Below are positions 55,654 to 64,000 of a stretch of 64,000 nucleotides of DNA, one piece after another. The stretch's first letter is position 1, and every line of letters begins with the position of its first letter. The stretch lies in IMG/VR virus record IMGVR_UViG_3300045988_154248. The stretch is one strand, 5' to 3'. A program made the position numbers and the translations under genes. This stretch comes from a virus. The notes under the pieces were generated by a model. The model had not been told where the DNA came from and ran no database searches. It saw only the letters and a list, made by a program, of their open reading frames with translations.

Positions 55654-55851
55654 CTACCTTTTGATATATCCTTGACCACCATCTCTGCATTTAATACAGA
55701 TATGGCTACAAGGCGATTCACTGTAATTTGATTGTCTTGTTACAGCTTCAATGATATATTCTCTGTCTTGTCCTTCGATTTCTACAGTAATAAAATCATC
55801 TCCCATTTGTTTTAGTGTACGGCATAGCTCGCCGCTTGTTCCAATATACAA
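55654..55851 (-). CDS. hypothetical protein
   Basis: 65-aa ORF in operon context. Confidence 0.4.
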   Translation of the reverse strand: MYIGTSGELCRTLKQMGDDFITVEIEGQDREYIIEAVTRQSNYSESPCSHICIKCRDGGQGYIKR

Positions 55852-55869
55852 TGTCTAATTTTCTTCCTT

Positions 55870-56433
55870 TCATAATAGTAAATGTGCAATATCCGTCCAA
55901 TTCATTAACCTCTTTCCAGCCCAATCTTTATTCCAACTATAAATATCCCCAAAACAATATTTTTCTTGAGCATTACTTGTTTCTAACATATGTACCGAAT
56001 CATCAATAAGAATGCCATCGCTCATATCTATATGTGATTTATCTTTGTATTTTTTCATATTTACACCAATAAATTCTGGATAGAAAAGATACTGATTAAT
56101 CCACTGTTCTTTTTGTTTTAAGTTTGGAGAATAACCCATGCTAACAATTTTTACCTGATATACTTTTCCAAGTTCATCAATAATTTCATGTGCATCTGGC
56201 ATAAATTCCAGTTCATAAAAGAATCGTGGTGTGTTAAAGTATGTATTAATGTATTCCTTAGATGTACAGGTCAATTCTTTAAAATCATATGAGTTAATCT
56301 CCCACCAATTAACATGATGGAATTTCTTATAATATTCAAAGTCTTCGTTGTATAGGGACACAATCGTTTTGATCGTGTCCACTAGCGTATTATCGAAGTC
56401 AATATAGATCGTTTTAATATCTGGTCTATACAT
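55870..56433 (-). CDS. HAD-family 5'(3')-deoxyribonucleotidase-like protein
   Basis: IYIDFDNTLVD (DxDxT nucleophile motif) and C-terminal GILIDDS. NT5C-like size. Confidence 0.6.
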   Translation of the reverse strand: MYRPDIKTIYIDFDNTLVDTIKTIVSLYNEDFEYYKKFHHVNWWEINSYDFKELTCTSKEYINTYFNTPRFFYELEFMPDAHEIIDELGKVYQVKIVSMGYSPNLKQKEQWINQYLFYPEFIGVNMKKYKDKSHIDMSDGILIDDSVHMLETSNAQEKYCFGDIYSWNKDWAGKRLMNWTDIAHLLL

Positions 56434-56983
56434 TGTTTTTATTCAAATCCTTTCGAATAATGTTTATCATTTTTTCTACAGAAGTTTCCAATGACCTGTC
56501 ATTGAGAATACGATAATCAATTAGATTAGATTTTTCAAAATTGCTGAACGAATCATTTTCTGCAGCATAGTTCTGTTTCCATGAATCATAGTCACCACGT
56601 TTCTTTGCACGTTCTTCTGCAGTTGTATATGGGGTTGTAATATAGATAGATACTAGACGGACATCTATATCTCTTGTTTTGAGTTTAAGTGTATATAATC
56701 CGACTGGATCAATGATATAGAAATTAGAATTTAAGATTTGCTCTTTTGTTGCAAAACTGCAATATCCAACTCGATCTGTATATGCCACCATGTTTGGTTT
56801 ATATTTTTCAACGTCATCAGGTGAAATAAAAATATGATCTGAATTATCAACTGTTTCGCCTGGTCGTATAGATCTGGTTGTATAAGATTTAAGAACCGTC
56901 ATATTTAATTTCTTAGCAGCTTCTTTGGCAATAGAGGATTTGCCAGAAGAAGTTCTGCCAAGGATACAATATAGTGTGTGCAA
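56426..56983 (-). CDS. guanylate kinase-like (d)NMP kinase
   Basis: P-loop GRTSSGKSS and SYTTRSIRPGE..D...HIFISPDD (the guanylate kinase S.TTR..R.GE pattern). Confidence 0.6.
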   Translation of the reverse strand: MHTLYCILGRTSSGKSSIAKEAAKKLNMTVLKSYTTRSIRPGETVDNSDHIFISPDDVEKYKPNMVAYTDRVGYCSFATKEQILNSNFYIIDPVGLYTLKLKTRDIDVRLVSIYITTPYTTAEERAKKRGDYDSWKQNYAAENDSFSNFEKSNLIDYRILNDRSLETSVEKMINIIRKDLNKNNV

Positions 56984-56989
56984 AAGGAA

Positions 56990-57610
56990 TCACTCCTCTC
57001 CATGTAAACTGTAGAAGTATTCGTTATATAAATCATATCTTTTCTGAATATTTAGCCAATCCATTTCTTTGTTGTTCTCTCTGAGCCATTTCTGAAAACG
57101 GGAAAAGAATCCACACTGTGTAAATTCAGGGCATCCTGCTCTATAAATACAATTTGGAACAAGAATATTTGATTCGAGTGGATGATTTTTATGTAATTCA
57201 ATCTTAAAATCTTCCGCCAATTCTTTTGCTTCATCAGTTGCTGCTCCACATAATCTTTTTCTCCAAGAATCAATAACATTTTGCATATTTGCATATCCAT
57301 CAAAATTAACAGGCGCATCTTGTGGTTTTCCTGATCTTGGAATATCATCTTTTAATCTATCATCTCGTTGAGTACTAATAAATTTTTCAAACTTATGTCT
57401 GCTCCATTCTGTACTAACCCAGTATGGAATTTTTTTCCACGACCAATCAAATTCAAGTAATCTAATTGGCGAATGTTCAGACACAAGTAGTTTACTCATC
57501 CATTTTTCTGTGGCATCTTTGTCAGTAAACTCTTTGTTATCTGTAGTTCTGCAATGATTTTTCACTCGTTTCCAGTCATCATTAATCCAATTAAAAATTG
57601 TTATTCCCAT
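56990..57610 (-). CDS. ThyX-like flavin-dependent thymidylate synthase (divergent)
   Basis: GGAGGT SD then ATG 57610. EHSPIRLLEF...WSRHKFEKFISTQRDD resembles the ThyX H.S..E and RHR(x7)S.R motifs, with Lys replacing the second Arg. Confidence 0.5.
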   Translation of the reverse strand: MGITIFNWINDDWKRVKNHCRTTDNKEFTDKDATEKWMSKLLVSEHSPIRLLEFDWSWKKIPYWVSTEWSRHKFEKFISTQRDDRLKDDIPRSGKPQDAPVNFDGYANMQNVIDSWRKRLCGAATDEAKELAEDFKIELHKNHPLESNILVPNCIYRAGCPEFTQCGFFSRFQKWLRENNKEMDWLNIQKRYDLYNEYFYSLHGEE

Positions 57611-57612
57611 TT

Positions 57613-57867
57613 TTATACCTCCCATAATGTCATATCATTTTTAAAATTATCAAGAACTTTTTCATCATCTGTTAAAATCTCCACATACGCAGGTGCGTCA
57701 ATCGCAACGCTTAGTACACCCATCAGAGATTTAGCATCAAGAACAAGTCTTCCGTGAATATAATTGATATCCCAATCTTTATATTCTCCACATTTAGCTA
57801 CGAATAAACTTGCATTGTTTACTGTTTTAAGACAGATTTTAATTTTGCGATCATTCATATTTTTCAC
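57613..57867 (-). CDS. second HPr/Crh-like protein lacking the His15 site
   Basis: LVLDAKSLMGVLSV (Ser46 region). The His15-equivalent region reads TVNNASL. Confidence 0.55.
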   Translation of the reverse strand: MKNMNDRKIKICLKTVNNASLFVAKCGEYKDWDINYIHGRLVLDAKSLMGVLSVAIDAPAYVEILTDDEKVLDNFKNDMTLWEV

Positions 57868-57875
57868 CTTCTTTC

Positions 57876-59909
57876 TTAGCTGATGTATTCTAGGAATTCA
57901 TCTTCACTCATAATTTTTACACCAAGGCTCTTTGCTTTCGTATTTTTACTTGACGTAGAATTAACATCATTATTGATCAATGCAGTAACCTTCTTCGAAA
58001 TCGATCCAGATACTTTTCCACCTAGAGATTCAATCTTCTCTTTGAGTGCATCTCGATTCTCGAAATGTTTCAAACTACCGGTAACAACAAATGTTTGTCC
58101 CGTCAAATCTTGTCCGCTACTTGTTTTGAGAGATACTTTCTTTGGCGTTTCGAATGTAAATTCTTTACCAAGTTCCCACACGTTACTACATTCTCTATTG
58201 AAATATTCATCAAGTGAATTAATAATAGAATCTCCAATGCCAGGAATATGAGAAAAGAATTTTGCACCTGGATGCGTCATATCTCGTACAAAACTTTCGA
58301 ATTGATAATCTTCCGCCTCGGCAATAACTTTACTTGCTGTTTTGCCAACAAGAGGAATTGATAATGCATATAAAAATCTATCCAGTGTGGTATTTCTGCT
58401 CTTTTCAATTGAATCAAATAGTTTGGAAACTGATTTCGAACCGAAACCATCAAGATTTTTCATTTGTTTTTCGTACTTGGTGAGATAATAGATGTCTTGG
58501 ATAGAATTTAACCATCCTAGAGAAATGAATTTTTGAATTGTCGCTTCAGATAAACCATCAATATTCAGTGTGTTTCTACTAACTGCATGAGTTAGTTTGC
58601 CAAGTAATTTGCCCTTACATTCAGGGTTTGTACACCATAGAACTTCTGAATCGTTTTCTTTAATGATTTTAGTTGGTTCGCCGCATACTGGACATTTATC
58701 AGGAATATGAATAAAAGATTTTTCCATATCCTTTTCAAATCCATCTGAAATGAACTCTTCTGCCCAACGCAATTGGGGAATTATAAGATTGGCTTTAAAT
58801 ACGCCAATTCTTTGTCCTCTGAATGGACGAGGCATTAGTTCTCGCATGACAGAAATATTATGTAAAGAAGCTCTCTCTACAGTACTCCCTTCAGTTTCCA
58901 CAGGTTCAAATACTGCAGTCGGTGTTAGAATACCCGTCTTACCCATTGTGAATTCGATATCTTTCAATGTAGTTTCTACGGAATCGTTTTTTACTTTAAA
59001 TGCGATACCATTCCTGTTGTGGTGTTCTGTACTACCAAGAGACTTACCGTATTCTACATCTTCAAATTTAAATACAACCCCATCTTGTGGAAGGTGCTTT
59101 TCTGCAGCAAGACTAATAAAATTATCAATTTTACATTGTAGCTCTTCATTTTGATAATACTTTAAACCTAATACTTCACACGGAACAATACTAAACCCTA
59201 GCTTCCCTGCTTCAAGTAATCTGAAATAAAAACTATCATGTGCTTCATAATCGTTATTGCTAATTGCTAGAATAGGATCAACTTCTTCTACCACTTCCCA
59301 GGCATACCAACTTAGTTTTCTGTCTTTGACGACCGATGTATCCAAACTTGAAAGTGTTCCTGCAGTAAGATTACGGCTATTTTTATATTCTCCATTTTTA
59401 TTGATCTCTTCAAAGTCATCAAGCTTGATTAAAGCTTCACCATCGATAACATATTTGCCCTTTTTATTAATACGTAGTGGAACATTCATAAACTGTTTTA
59501 CATGCTGTAAAATATCATTTCCTTCTGTACCATTGCCACGAGATTCCGCCCCGATTAATTCACCATCTTGGTAAATCAATCTACAACTAATACCATCAAG
59601 TTTAATAGAAGCTACAATATCGTGTCCTGCTGCAAATTTTTTGATTTCTTCTACAGAGTGGCATTTGTCAAGACTTAACATAGGAGTCTCATGTTTTACT
59701 TTGATAAGTGATTTTAGTACTGCTCCACCAACTCTATTGACTGGGCTGTTCGGAAATACTGTATTTGCTTCTTCTTCCAATTGCTTTAATTCAAGTAACT
59801 TTGAATCAAATTCGGCGTCACTCATAAGTGTTGTTCCTGATCCATAATAAGAATCTGATGCCCTATTCAGATCATGAATCAGTTCTTTCATTCGTTTGAT
59901 CTTATCCAT
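57876..59909 (-). CDS. ligA: NAD-dependent DNA ligase
   Basis: Adenylation motif KLDGIS. Zn finger CPVCGEP...CTNPECKGK. HhH region. BRCT C-terminus GQTFVVTGSL. Confidence 0.9.
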   Translation of the reverse strand: MDKIKRMKELIHDLNRASDSYYGSGTTLMSDAEFDSKLLELKQLEEEANTVFPNSPVNRVGGAVLKSLIKVKHETPMLSLDKCHSVEEIKKFAAGHDIVASIKLDGISCRLIYQDGELIGAESRGNGTEGNDILQHVKQFMNVPLRINKKGKYVIDGEALIKLDDFEEINKNGEYKNSRNLTAGTLSSLDTSVVKDRKLSWYAWEVVEEVDPILAISNNDYEAHDSFYFRLLEAGKLGFSIVPCEVLGLKYYQNEELQCKIDNFISLAAEKHLPQDGVVFKFEDVEYGKSLGSTEHHNRNGIAFKVKNDSVETTLKDIEFTMGKTGILTPTAVFEPVETEGSTVERASLHNISVMRELMPRPFRGQRIGVFKANLIIPQLRWAEEFISDGFEKDMEKSFIHIPDKCPVCGEPTKIIKENDSEVLWCTNPECKGKLLGKLTHAVSRNTLNIDGLSEATIQKFISLGWLNSIQDIYYLTKYEKQMKNLDGFGSKSVSKLFDSIEKSRNTTLDRFLYALSIPLVGKTASKVIAEAEDYQFESFVRDMTHPGAKFFSHIPGIGDSIINSLDEYFNRECSNVWELGKEFTFETPKKVSLKTSSGQDLTGQTFVVTGSLKHFENRDALKEKIESLGGKVSGSISKKVTALINNDVNSTSSKNTKAKSLGVKIMSEDEFLEYIS

Positions 59910-60111
59910 TTACCGATTTCTCCCCACACATTTCTTTTAAATATTCAAGCAATTCATTGTCTTCCAGATAATAAATATCAATATGTTTACATCCATCCAG
60001 CCATTTTTTAAAACCATCCCAAAATTGACCAATTCTCCAATCTGGTCTATATGTCATGTGTAATCTTGTTACTTCATTATAAAAATTATATAATCTATTT
60101 GGATCTCTCAT
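59902..60111 (-). CDS. hypothetical protein
   Basis: 69-aa ORF overlapping the ligA start. Confidence 0.45.
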   Translation of the reverse strand: MRDPNRLYNFYNEVTRLHMTYRPDWRIGQFWDGFKKWLDGCKHIDIYYLEDNELLEYLKEMCGEKSVNG

Positions 60112-60128
60112 ATTTTCTTTCCTCTCGA

Positions 60129-60446
60129 CTATTCTGTGATTTCTACAAATGTATTTGTTTCTGGTTCATACTTATATGGAAGACCATTTGGCGCAAAATA
60201 TGGTGATGGTGTTGTTGAAGCTCGACCATATCCAATTGATCCGTTCCAAAAATACACGATTTTTGTTGTACTATCATAATATAAATATCCACCAATGTTA
60301 ATTAAATTATCGGTTCCAAGAGATTTTACTGTTACAGTATCGTTCGTTTTTACATTTGCTTGTGCTGATTCTACTCTACATCCTGAAAATGATAGTAAAA
60401 TACTGACACACAAAAATATTAGTAATTTGTTTTTCATAGATTTCAC
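60129..60446 (-). CDS. lipoprotein
   Basis: Signal peptide with lipobox LLSFSGC. Confidence 0.55.
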   Translation of the reverse strand: MKSMKNKLLIFLCVSILLSFSGCRVESAQANVKTNDTVTVKSLGTDNLINIGGYLYYDSTTKIVYFWNGSIGYGRASTTPSPYFAPNGLPYKYEPETNTFVEITE

Positions 60447-60727
60447 CCATTTTCAAAACTGCTTTTTAACACACTTTTTTTAATTAATTCATAAACAATA
60501 TCAAGATAATCTCTTTTATCGCTATATCTGCAATTGACATTTTTATGGATTCTTGGATCGTCCTTTATCCAATCATTTTCCCCAAAGTATACATTACTCA
60601 CAAAAAGCATCTTAGACCCTCGTGCTACACAAAGATAATAACACTCTGTATCTCTTGGCATTCCTTTACATTTTTTAAATCCGAATTTTTCAAATTCTTT
60701 TGCTGGTACTGTCGGAATTAGCATCAT
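60443..60727 (-). CDS. hypothetical protein
   Basis: 94-aa ORF with ATGA-type overlap with the downstream gene. Confidence 0.45.
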   Translation of the reverse strand: MMLIPTVPAKEFEKFGFKKCKGMPRDTECYYLCVARGSKMLFVSNVYFGENDWIKDDPRIHKNVNCRYSDKRDYLDIVYELIKKSVLKSSFENG

Positions 60728-61190
60728 CTATTACCTTTCTTGTAAATTTATATTCTTCACCAAATTGATCAGTTGATTTATAATTCCATCGTCCTAAATT
60801 AAACAACTGCTCTTTGTACCCATAACGTTTAAGCCATTTTTTATTAATTCTCTTCTTATGATGTTTTCTTGCTTGGATTTTCTTGACATACAAAATATTA
60901 ACTTGATCTGGCGTCTTAGAAAGATCAGCGCTAAGAATTGCTGGATTGATCTTTGATATATTTGCTGAAAACGAAAGAGTTCTTTCATCTTTTGTAATGA
61001 TTGGTTTATACCTTATATAATCATGACATTGTTCGACTGTATTTCGTGTTATATTGATCTCTTGTATGTCATCAAAGAAACCTATTTTTTTCTTTGATTT
61101 TGGGTCTACTATGGTAATCCCACCACATACACGCTCATTCATGCAATAATTAATATTCATTATTCTCTCCGTCATCTTCTGGTGGAGCAA
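60690..61190 (-). CDS. hypothetical protein
   Basis: 166-aa ORF. The start is uncertain; internal Met codons exist. Confidence 0.4.
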   Translation of the reverse strand: MLHQKMTERIMNINYCMNERVCGGITIVDPKSKKKIGFFDDIQEINITRNTVEQCHDYIRYKPIITKDERTLSFSANISKINPAILSADLSKTPDQVNILYVKKIQARKHHKKRINKKWLKRYGYKEQLFNLGRWNYKSTDQFGEEYKFTRKVIDDANSDSTSKRI

Positions 61191-61365
61191 GCTCCAAACC
61201 TAAGATTTGTCCTACTTCATATGCAGCATACGATGTGCCACAAGATTCTCCATCAAAGAAACAATCATAATAATTTCCTTCTGAACGCTGTGGTGTAAAT
61301 CCACATGCATATGGATCATAGTTTTTATTGACCCATTCTTTTAATTTTTCAATAATTTCTTCCAT
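61150..61365 (-). CDS. hypothetical protein
   Basis: 71-aa acidic ORF. Confidence 0.4.
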   Translation of the reverse strand: MEEIIEKLKEWVNKNYDPYACGFTPQRSEGNYYDCFFDGESCGTSYAAYEVGQILGLELAPPEDDGENNEY

Positions 61366-61433
61366 AGTCGATTCCTCAGTGTATTACCTTATTTTGATTA
61401 TAATAGTAAAGATAAATGAAACCAAAAATTCAT

Positions 61434-61763
61434 CTAGTCATTACTTAATTTACTTCCTCTCATAATCCTATAGTATTTTGGCTCATTGTTTGAGTTCCAT
61501 TGTGTTACATATGGATCTATACACAAATATGCAATCGTGTCAAATTCATCTTTTGTGATTTCTTTGAAATTATCTTTCTCAATAAATGATGCAAGCATCT
61601 TTGATTTTAATTCGAGTGTTGAAAATCCTAAGTACAATCCATATTTTGTTACAATAAAATGCTCTCCATCAAACCTCTCGACTTTAAATACTTCTGCTTC
61701 CCCATCTTCTCTGTTGAGTTCTCTTTCAAAATATCTTCCTACGTAATTTTCAAAATTTTTCAT
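61434..61763 (-). CDS. hypothetical protein
   Basis: 109-aa ORF behind a GGAGAT SD. Confidence 0.45.
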   Translation of the reverse strand: MKNFENYVGRYFERELNREDGEAEVFKVERFDGEHFIVTKYGLYLGFSTLELKSKMLASFIEKDNFKEITKDEFDTIAYLCIDPYVTQWNSNNEPKYYRIMRGSKLSND

Positions 61764-61776
61764 CGTTTTATCTCCT

Positions 61777-62775
61777 TTACTTGTTCTCCATCATTTTTCT
61801 GAATTCATAATATTTTTTTGTGTATTCATAAGAATCCTTAAAAATATTTGTTACAGCTTTATATAATTTTGGTTCATACTTTTGGATTATTTCTAATTCA
61901 TTCTCAAAATCTCTGCCATAAGGACAGCCACAGCAACCAGTGCGTTTTAAACCATATTCCAAGTAACAATCACTATGAATAATTCCATATGCTTTCTCAT
62001 AATCTTCTTTATCTGAATTTTTATACCAGAACAAAGGTCTATAATTGTCAATGTCGTTATTATCATCAAAGCATGATTTGTATGCTGTTGATCTAGCACC
62101 ACCTTCAGCTTTCCTGATACCTATAATCTGTAAGTCAAATAATTTGCCATCTATTCCATACTTTACAATGTTATGCGCAACATTTTTCTTTGCATATTTA
62201 CAACACTTGTTTGAAATATTAAACGTTGGAGGATTTGCAATCATAAATTCTTTCAACCATTTGTTTCTTGTAATATTGAAACAACTGTCGTTACCTTTGC
62301 TGCAACACCACCATTCCAAGGCAGACTTACATTTTGGATATTTCTTATATAATGTGTCAAAATCTTCATCTTCCCATTGAAAATTATGTTTTTGTAATCT
62401 TTGGATAAATTCACTGACTTGTTTTGATAAAAACGGTTGTCCATATTCCTTGCAGGACGTTGGAATAGGTTTTATAGCCCTATAAGAATGAAACGTAATA
62501 TCATATTTTTCTTCAAGATATTTTAAATGTTCTTTTGTGGCTTGATATTCTAATCCAGTATCAAACCATACATAATCTACTTTATTGTCTTTGTCACATC
62601 TCCAAACGATATCTAACATCACATCACTGTCTGAACCGCCTGAAATTGAACAAATGATTTTCTCATACTTATCATTGTTGATAATTGCCCATGCACGAAT
62701 CAAATTATCACAAATCGTTTGATTTACAGGACAACCATTTAATAGTTCCTCAATTGTATTAGCTTTCTGTACCAA
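61777..62775 (-). CDS. PP-loop ATP pyrophosphatase of the PAPS-reductase/DndC-like family
   Basis: SISGGSDSDVM (SGGxDS PP-loop). C-terminal Cys cluster TGCCGCPYG. TTG start behind a GAGGAAAG SD. Confidence 0.7.
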   Translation of the reverse strand: MVQKANTIEELLNGCPVNQTICDNLIRAWAIINNDKYEKIICSISGGSDSDVMLDIVWRCDKDNKVDYVWFDTGLEYQATKEHLKYLEEKYDITFHSYRAIKPIPTSCKEYGQPFLSKQVSEFIQRLQKHNFQWEDEDFDTLYKKYPKCKSALEWWCCSKGNDSCFNITRNKWLKEFMIANPPTFNISNKCCKYAKKNVAHNIVKYGIDGKLFDLQIIGIRKAEGGARSTAYKSCFDDNNDIDNYRPLFWYKNSDKEDYEKAYGIIHSDCYLEYGLKRTGCCGCPYGRDFENELEIIQKYEPKLYKAVTNIFKDSYEYTKKYYEFRKMMENK

Positions 62776-62981
62776 TATGTACTTTCCTCACTGAAAAATA
62801 TTTCATTTCAATGAGGTAAAGCCATACTCTTTAAAAATGAGTCTTGTTCATTTTTTCGTGGGTGTCTTTTTACGCCACTACCACATCACTTTTTCGATTT
62901 ATATTAACCAATGATCCGTCTTTTATAAATCATCGTGACAACCTTCGCTGCACAAAGGTATTAAATACATATGGTGAAAAG

Positions 62982-63338
62982 CTAACCAATTGGTAGTACA
63001 GCTTCGCAAAATCTTTCTATGTTGTTTATTTCACAATTTACCATCTTGTGATTTGGATTATCATTATTATAATCTCTCATAAACATATCGAGCCAGAAAT
63101 CAAAATACTCATCATCTGCACTTGAATCCATTACTGCATATCTATCAACTGTTTTATAATTACCTTTTTCTGTAAGATAAGATAAATTGACTTTATATAC
63201 CGGCAATGTAATTTTTGTTTTCAAGAAATTCTTTGGATGTATATTTCTTAGTTTTTCTTTTAAATCTGAATCATAAATTTCAAATACGTCAATTCCTGTC
63301 CTTAGAGAACAGTTTTTAAAAAACTCACTCGGATGCAC
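62982..63338 (-). CDS. hypothetical protein
   Basis: 118-aa ORF with GTG start behind an AAAGGTGGTGA SD. Flanked by two long non-coding spacers. Confidence 0.45.
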   Translation of the reverse strand: MHPSEFFKNCSLRTGIDVFEIYDSDLKEKLRNIHPKNFLKTKITLPVYKVNLSYLTEKGNYKTVDRYAVMDSSADDEYFDFWLDMFMRDYNNDNPNHKMVNCEINNIERFCEAVLPIG

Positions 63339-63594
63339 TACTTTTCACCACCTTTCAAACTGAATGAAAAATTAATTTCATAATTAGAAGCACGTTCATT
63401 TCCGTACTTCATGAGAGCATCCTTATCCCTGACTACGTGAGGGTTGCGGTTTGTTCCAGAGTATTATATTCTGAATTCACAGGTTCAACTCATACACCCA
63501 TCGGTTGACTGAAATATTGCTAACAGTCTTCACCTTTACCTTTTCACCATCTCAGACTTTCAGTTCCTTTCACCGCATTTATCTTTTTATTATT

Positions 63595-63780
63595 TTATTT
63601 CCAATTAAAATACGGAGTATATCTTCCACAGAAAAGATTGCAGCATCTTTCCTTATATACAAACTTATTATTCTCTAACACACATTCTCTAACCATAGAT
63701 TTTCCGCACATCGGACATTTCTTTGTGATTTTACTATTTTTATTGCCAATCTTTACTTCATATCCAAGTAATTCATGCAT
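63595..63780 (-). CDS. small zinc-ribbon protein
   Basis: CPMCGK...CCNLFCGRY. Confidence 0.4.
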   Translation of the reverse strand: MHELLGYEVKIGNKNSKITKKCPMCGKSMVRECVLENNKFVYKERCCNLFCGRYTPYFNWK

Positions 63781-63802
63781 AAATTAATTACCCCCATGAC
63801 AT

Positions 63803-64000
63803 TTATTCTCTTATCTCAAATAATTTTTCCACTGCTTTTACACGCTTGTTATTATCAATTGTTCTTTTTACTTCTTGTTCCCAAATACAATCCCATCCTG
63901 AAGGTGCTTTATGTTCACTAACCAGAACAATATTCTTTTCGCTCATTTTTTCCGCCCAATTCCAAAATCTATCATAATCAAAGTTTTTGCTTGTACCATA
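63803..64000 (-). CDS. DNA adenine methyltransferase-like protein, C-terminal fragment (continues beyond the window)
   Basis: The minus frame is open from the window edge: ...NIVLVSEHKAPSGWDCIWEQEVKRTIDNNKRVKAVEKLFEIRE*. This resembles the V.SEY.AP.DF..IW..E.....EKLF tail of phage Dam-type enzymes, from memory. Confidence 0.45.
   Translation of the reverse strand, partial: YGTSKNFDYDRFWNWAEKMSEKNIVLVSEHKAPSGWDCIWEQEVKRTIDNNKRVKAVEKLFEIRE

Overview
AT-rich, tightly packed dsDNA phage or prophage segment. The host is probably a low-GC Gram-positive anaerobe, judged from AGGAGGTGAT-type SDs, an SH3-bearing endolysin and anaerobic NrdDG. All protein-family calls come from motifs read by eye; no database search was run. 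Nt 1-44210 (+ strand) hold the tail and lysis genes: a tube protein candidate, an accessory island (cysteine desulfurase, holin, DUF1064-like nuclease), and a giant tape-measure gene. The tape-measure gene appears split into four coding segments by three group-I-intron-like insertions. Downstream lie Dit, a 1938-aa Tal/host-recognition protein, further baseplate/fibre genes and a bifunctional endolysin. Main finding (32448-37872): a small tail-fibre gene has a 73-aa constant N-terminus ending in the 10-bp motif AAATAGTAAG (read as N-S-K). The motif recurs once more in direct orientation and 11 times inverted, and 11 of the 12 extra copies are followed in the N-S-K frame by a promoterless C-terminal cassette (one frameshifted). 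A tyrosine recombinase gene sits inside the segment. This looks like an R64/Rci-style multi-inversion shufflon for receptor-binding tips with about 12 alternative C-termini. Other notable items: intron 3 carries a complete type III toxin-antitoxin module (three 31-34-nt tandem repeats, a terminator, and a ToxN/AbiQ-like toxin). Intron 2 carries an antisense operon (zinc-ribbon protein plus two trypsin-like proteases), with each protease paired to a convergent small ORF. A Tn7-like tnsA-tnsB-tnsC-tniQ operon with a recognisable right end sits between the lysis and replication modules. Two His15-less HPr/Crh-like proteins lie in the minus-strand nucleotide-metabolism/replication module (NrdD, NrdG, dUTPase, ThyX-like, dNMP kinase, nucleotidase, LigA, PP-loop enzyme, Dam-like fragment). 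Intron splice junctions are approximate (about +/-30 nt).
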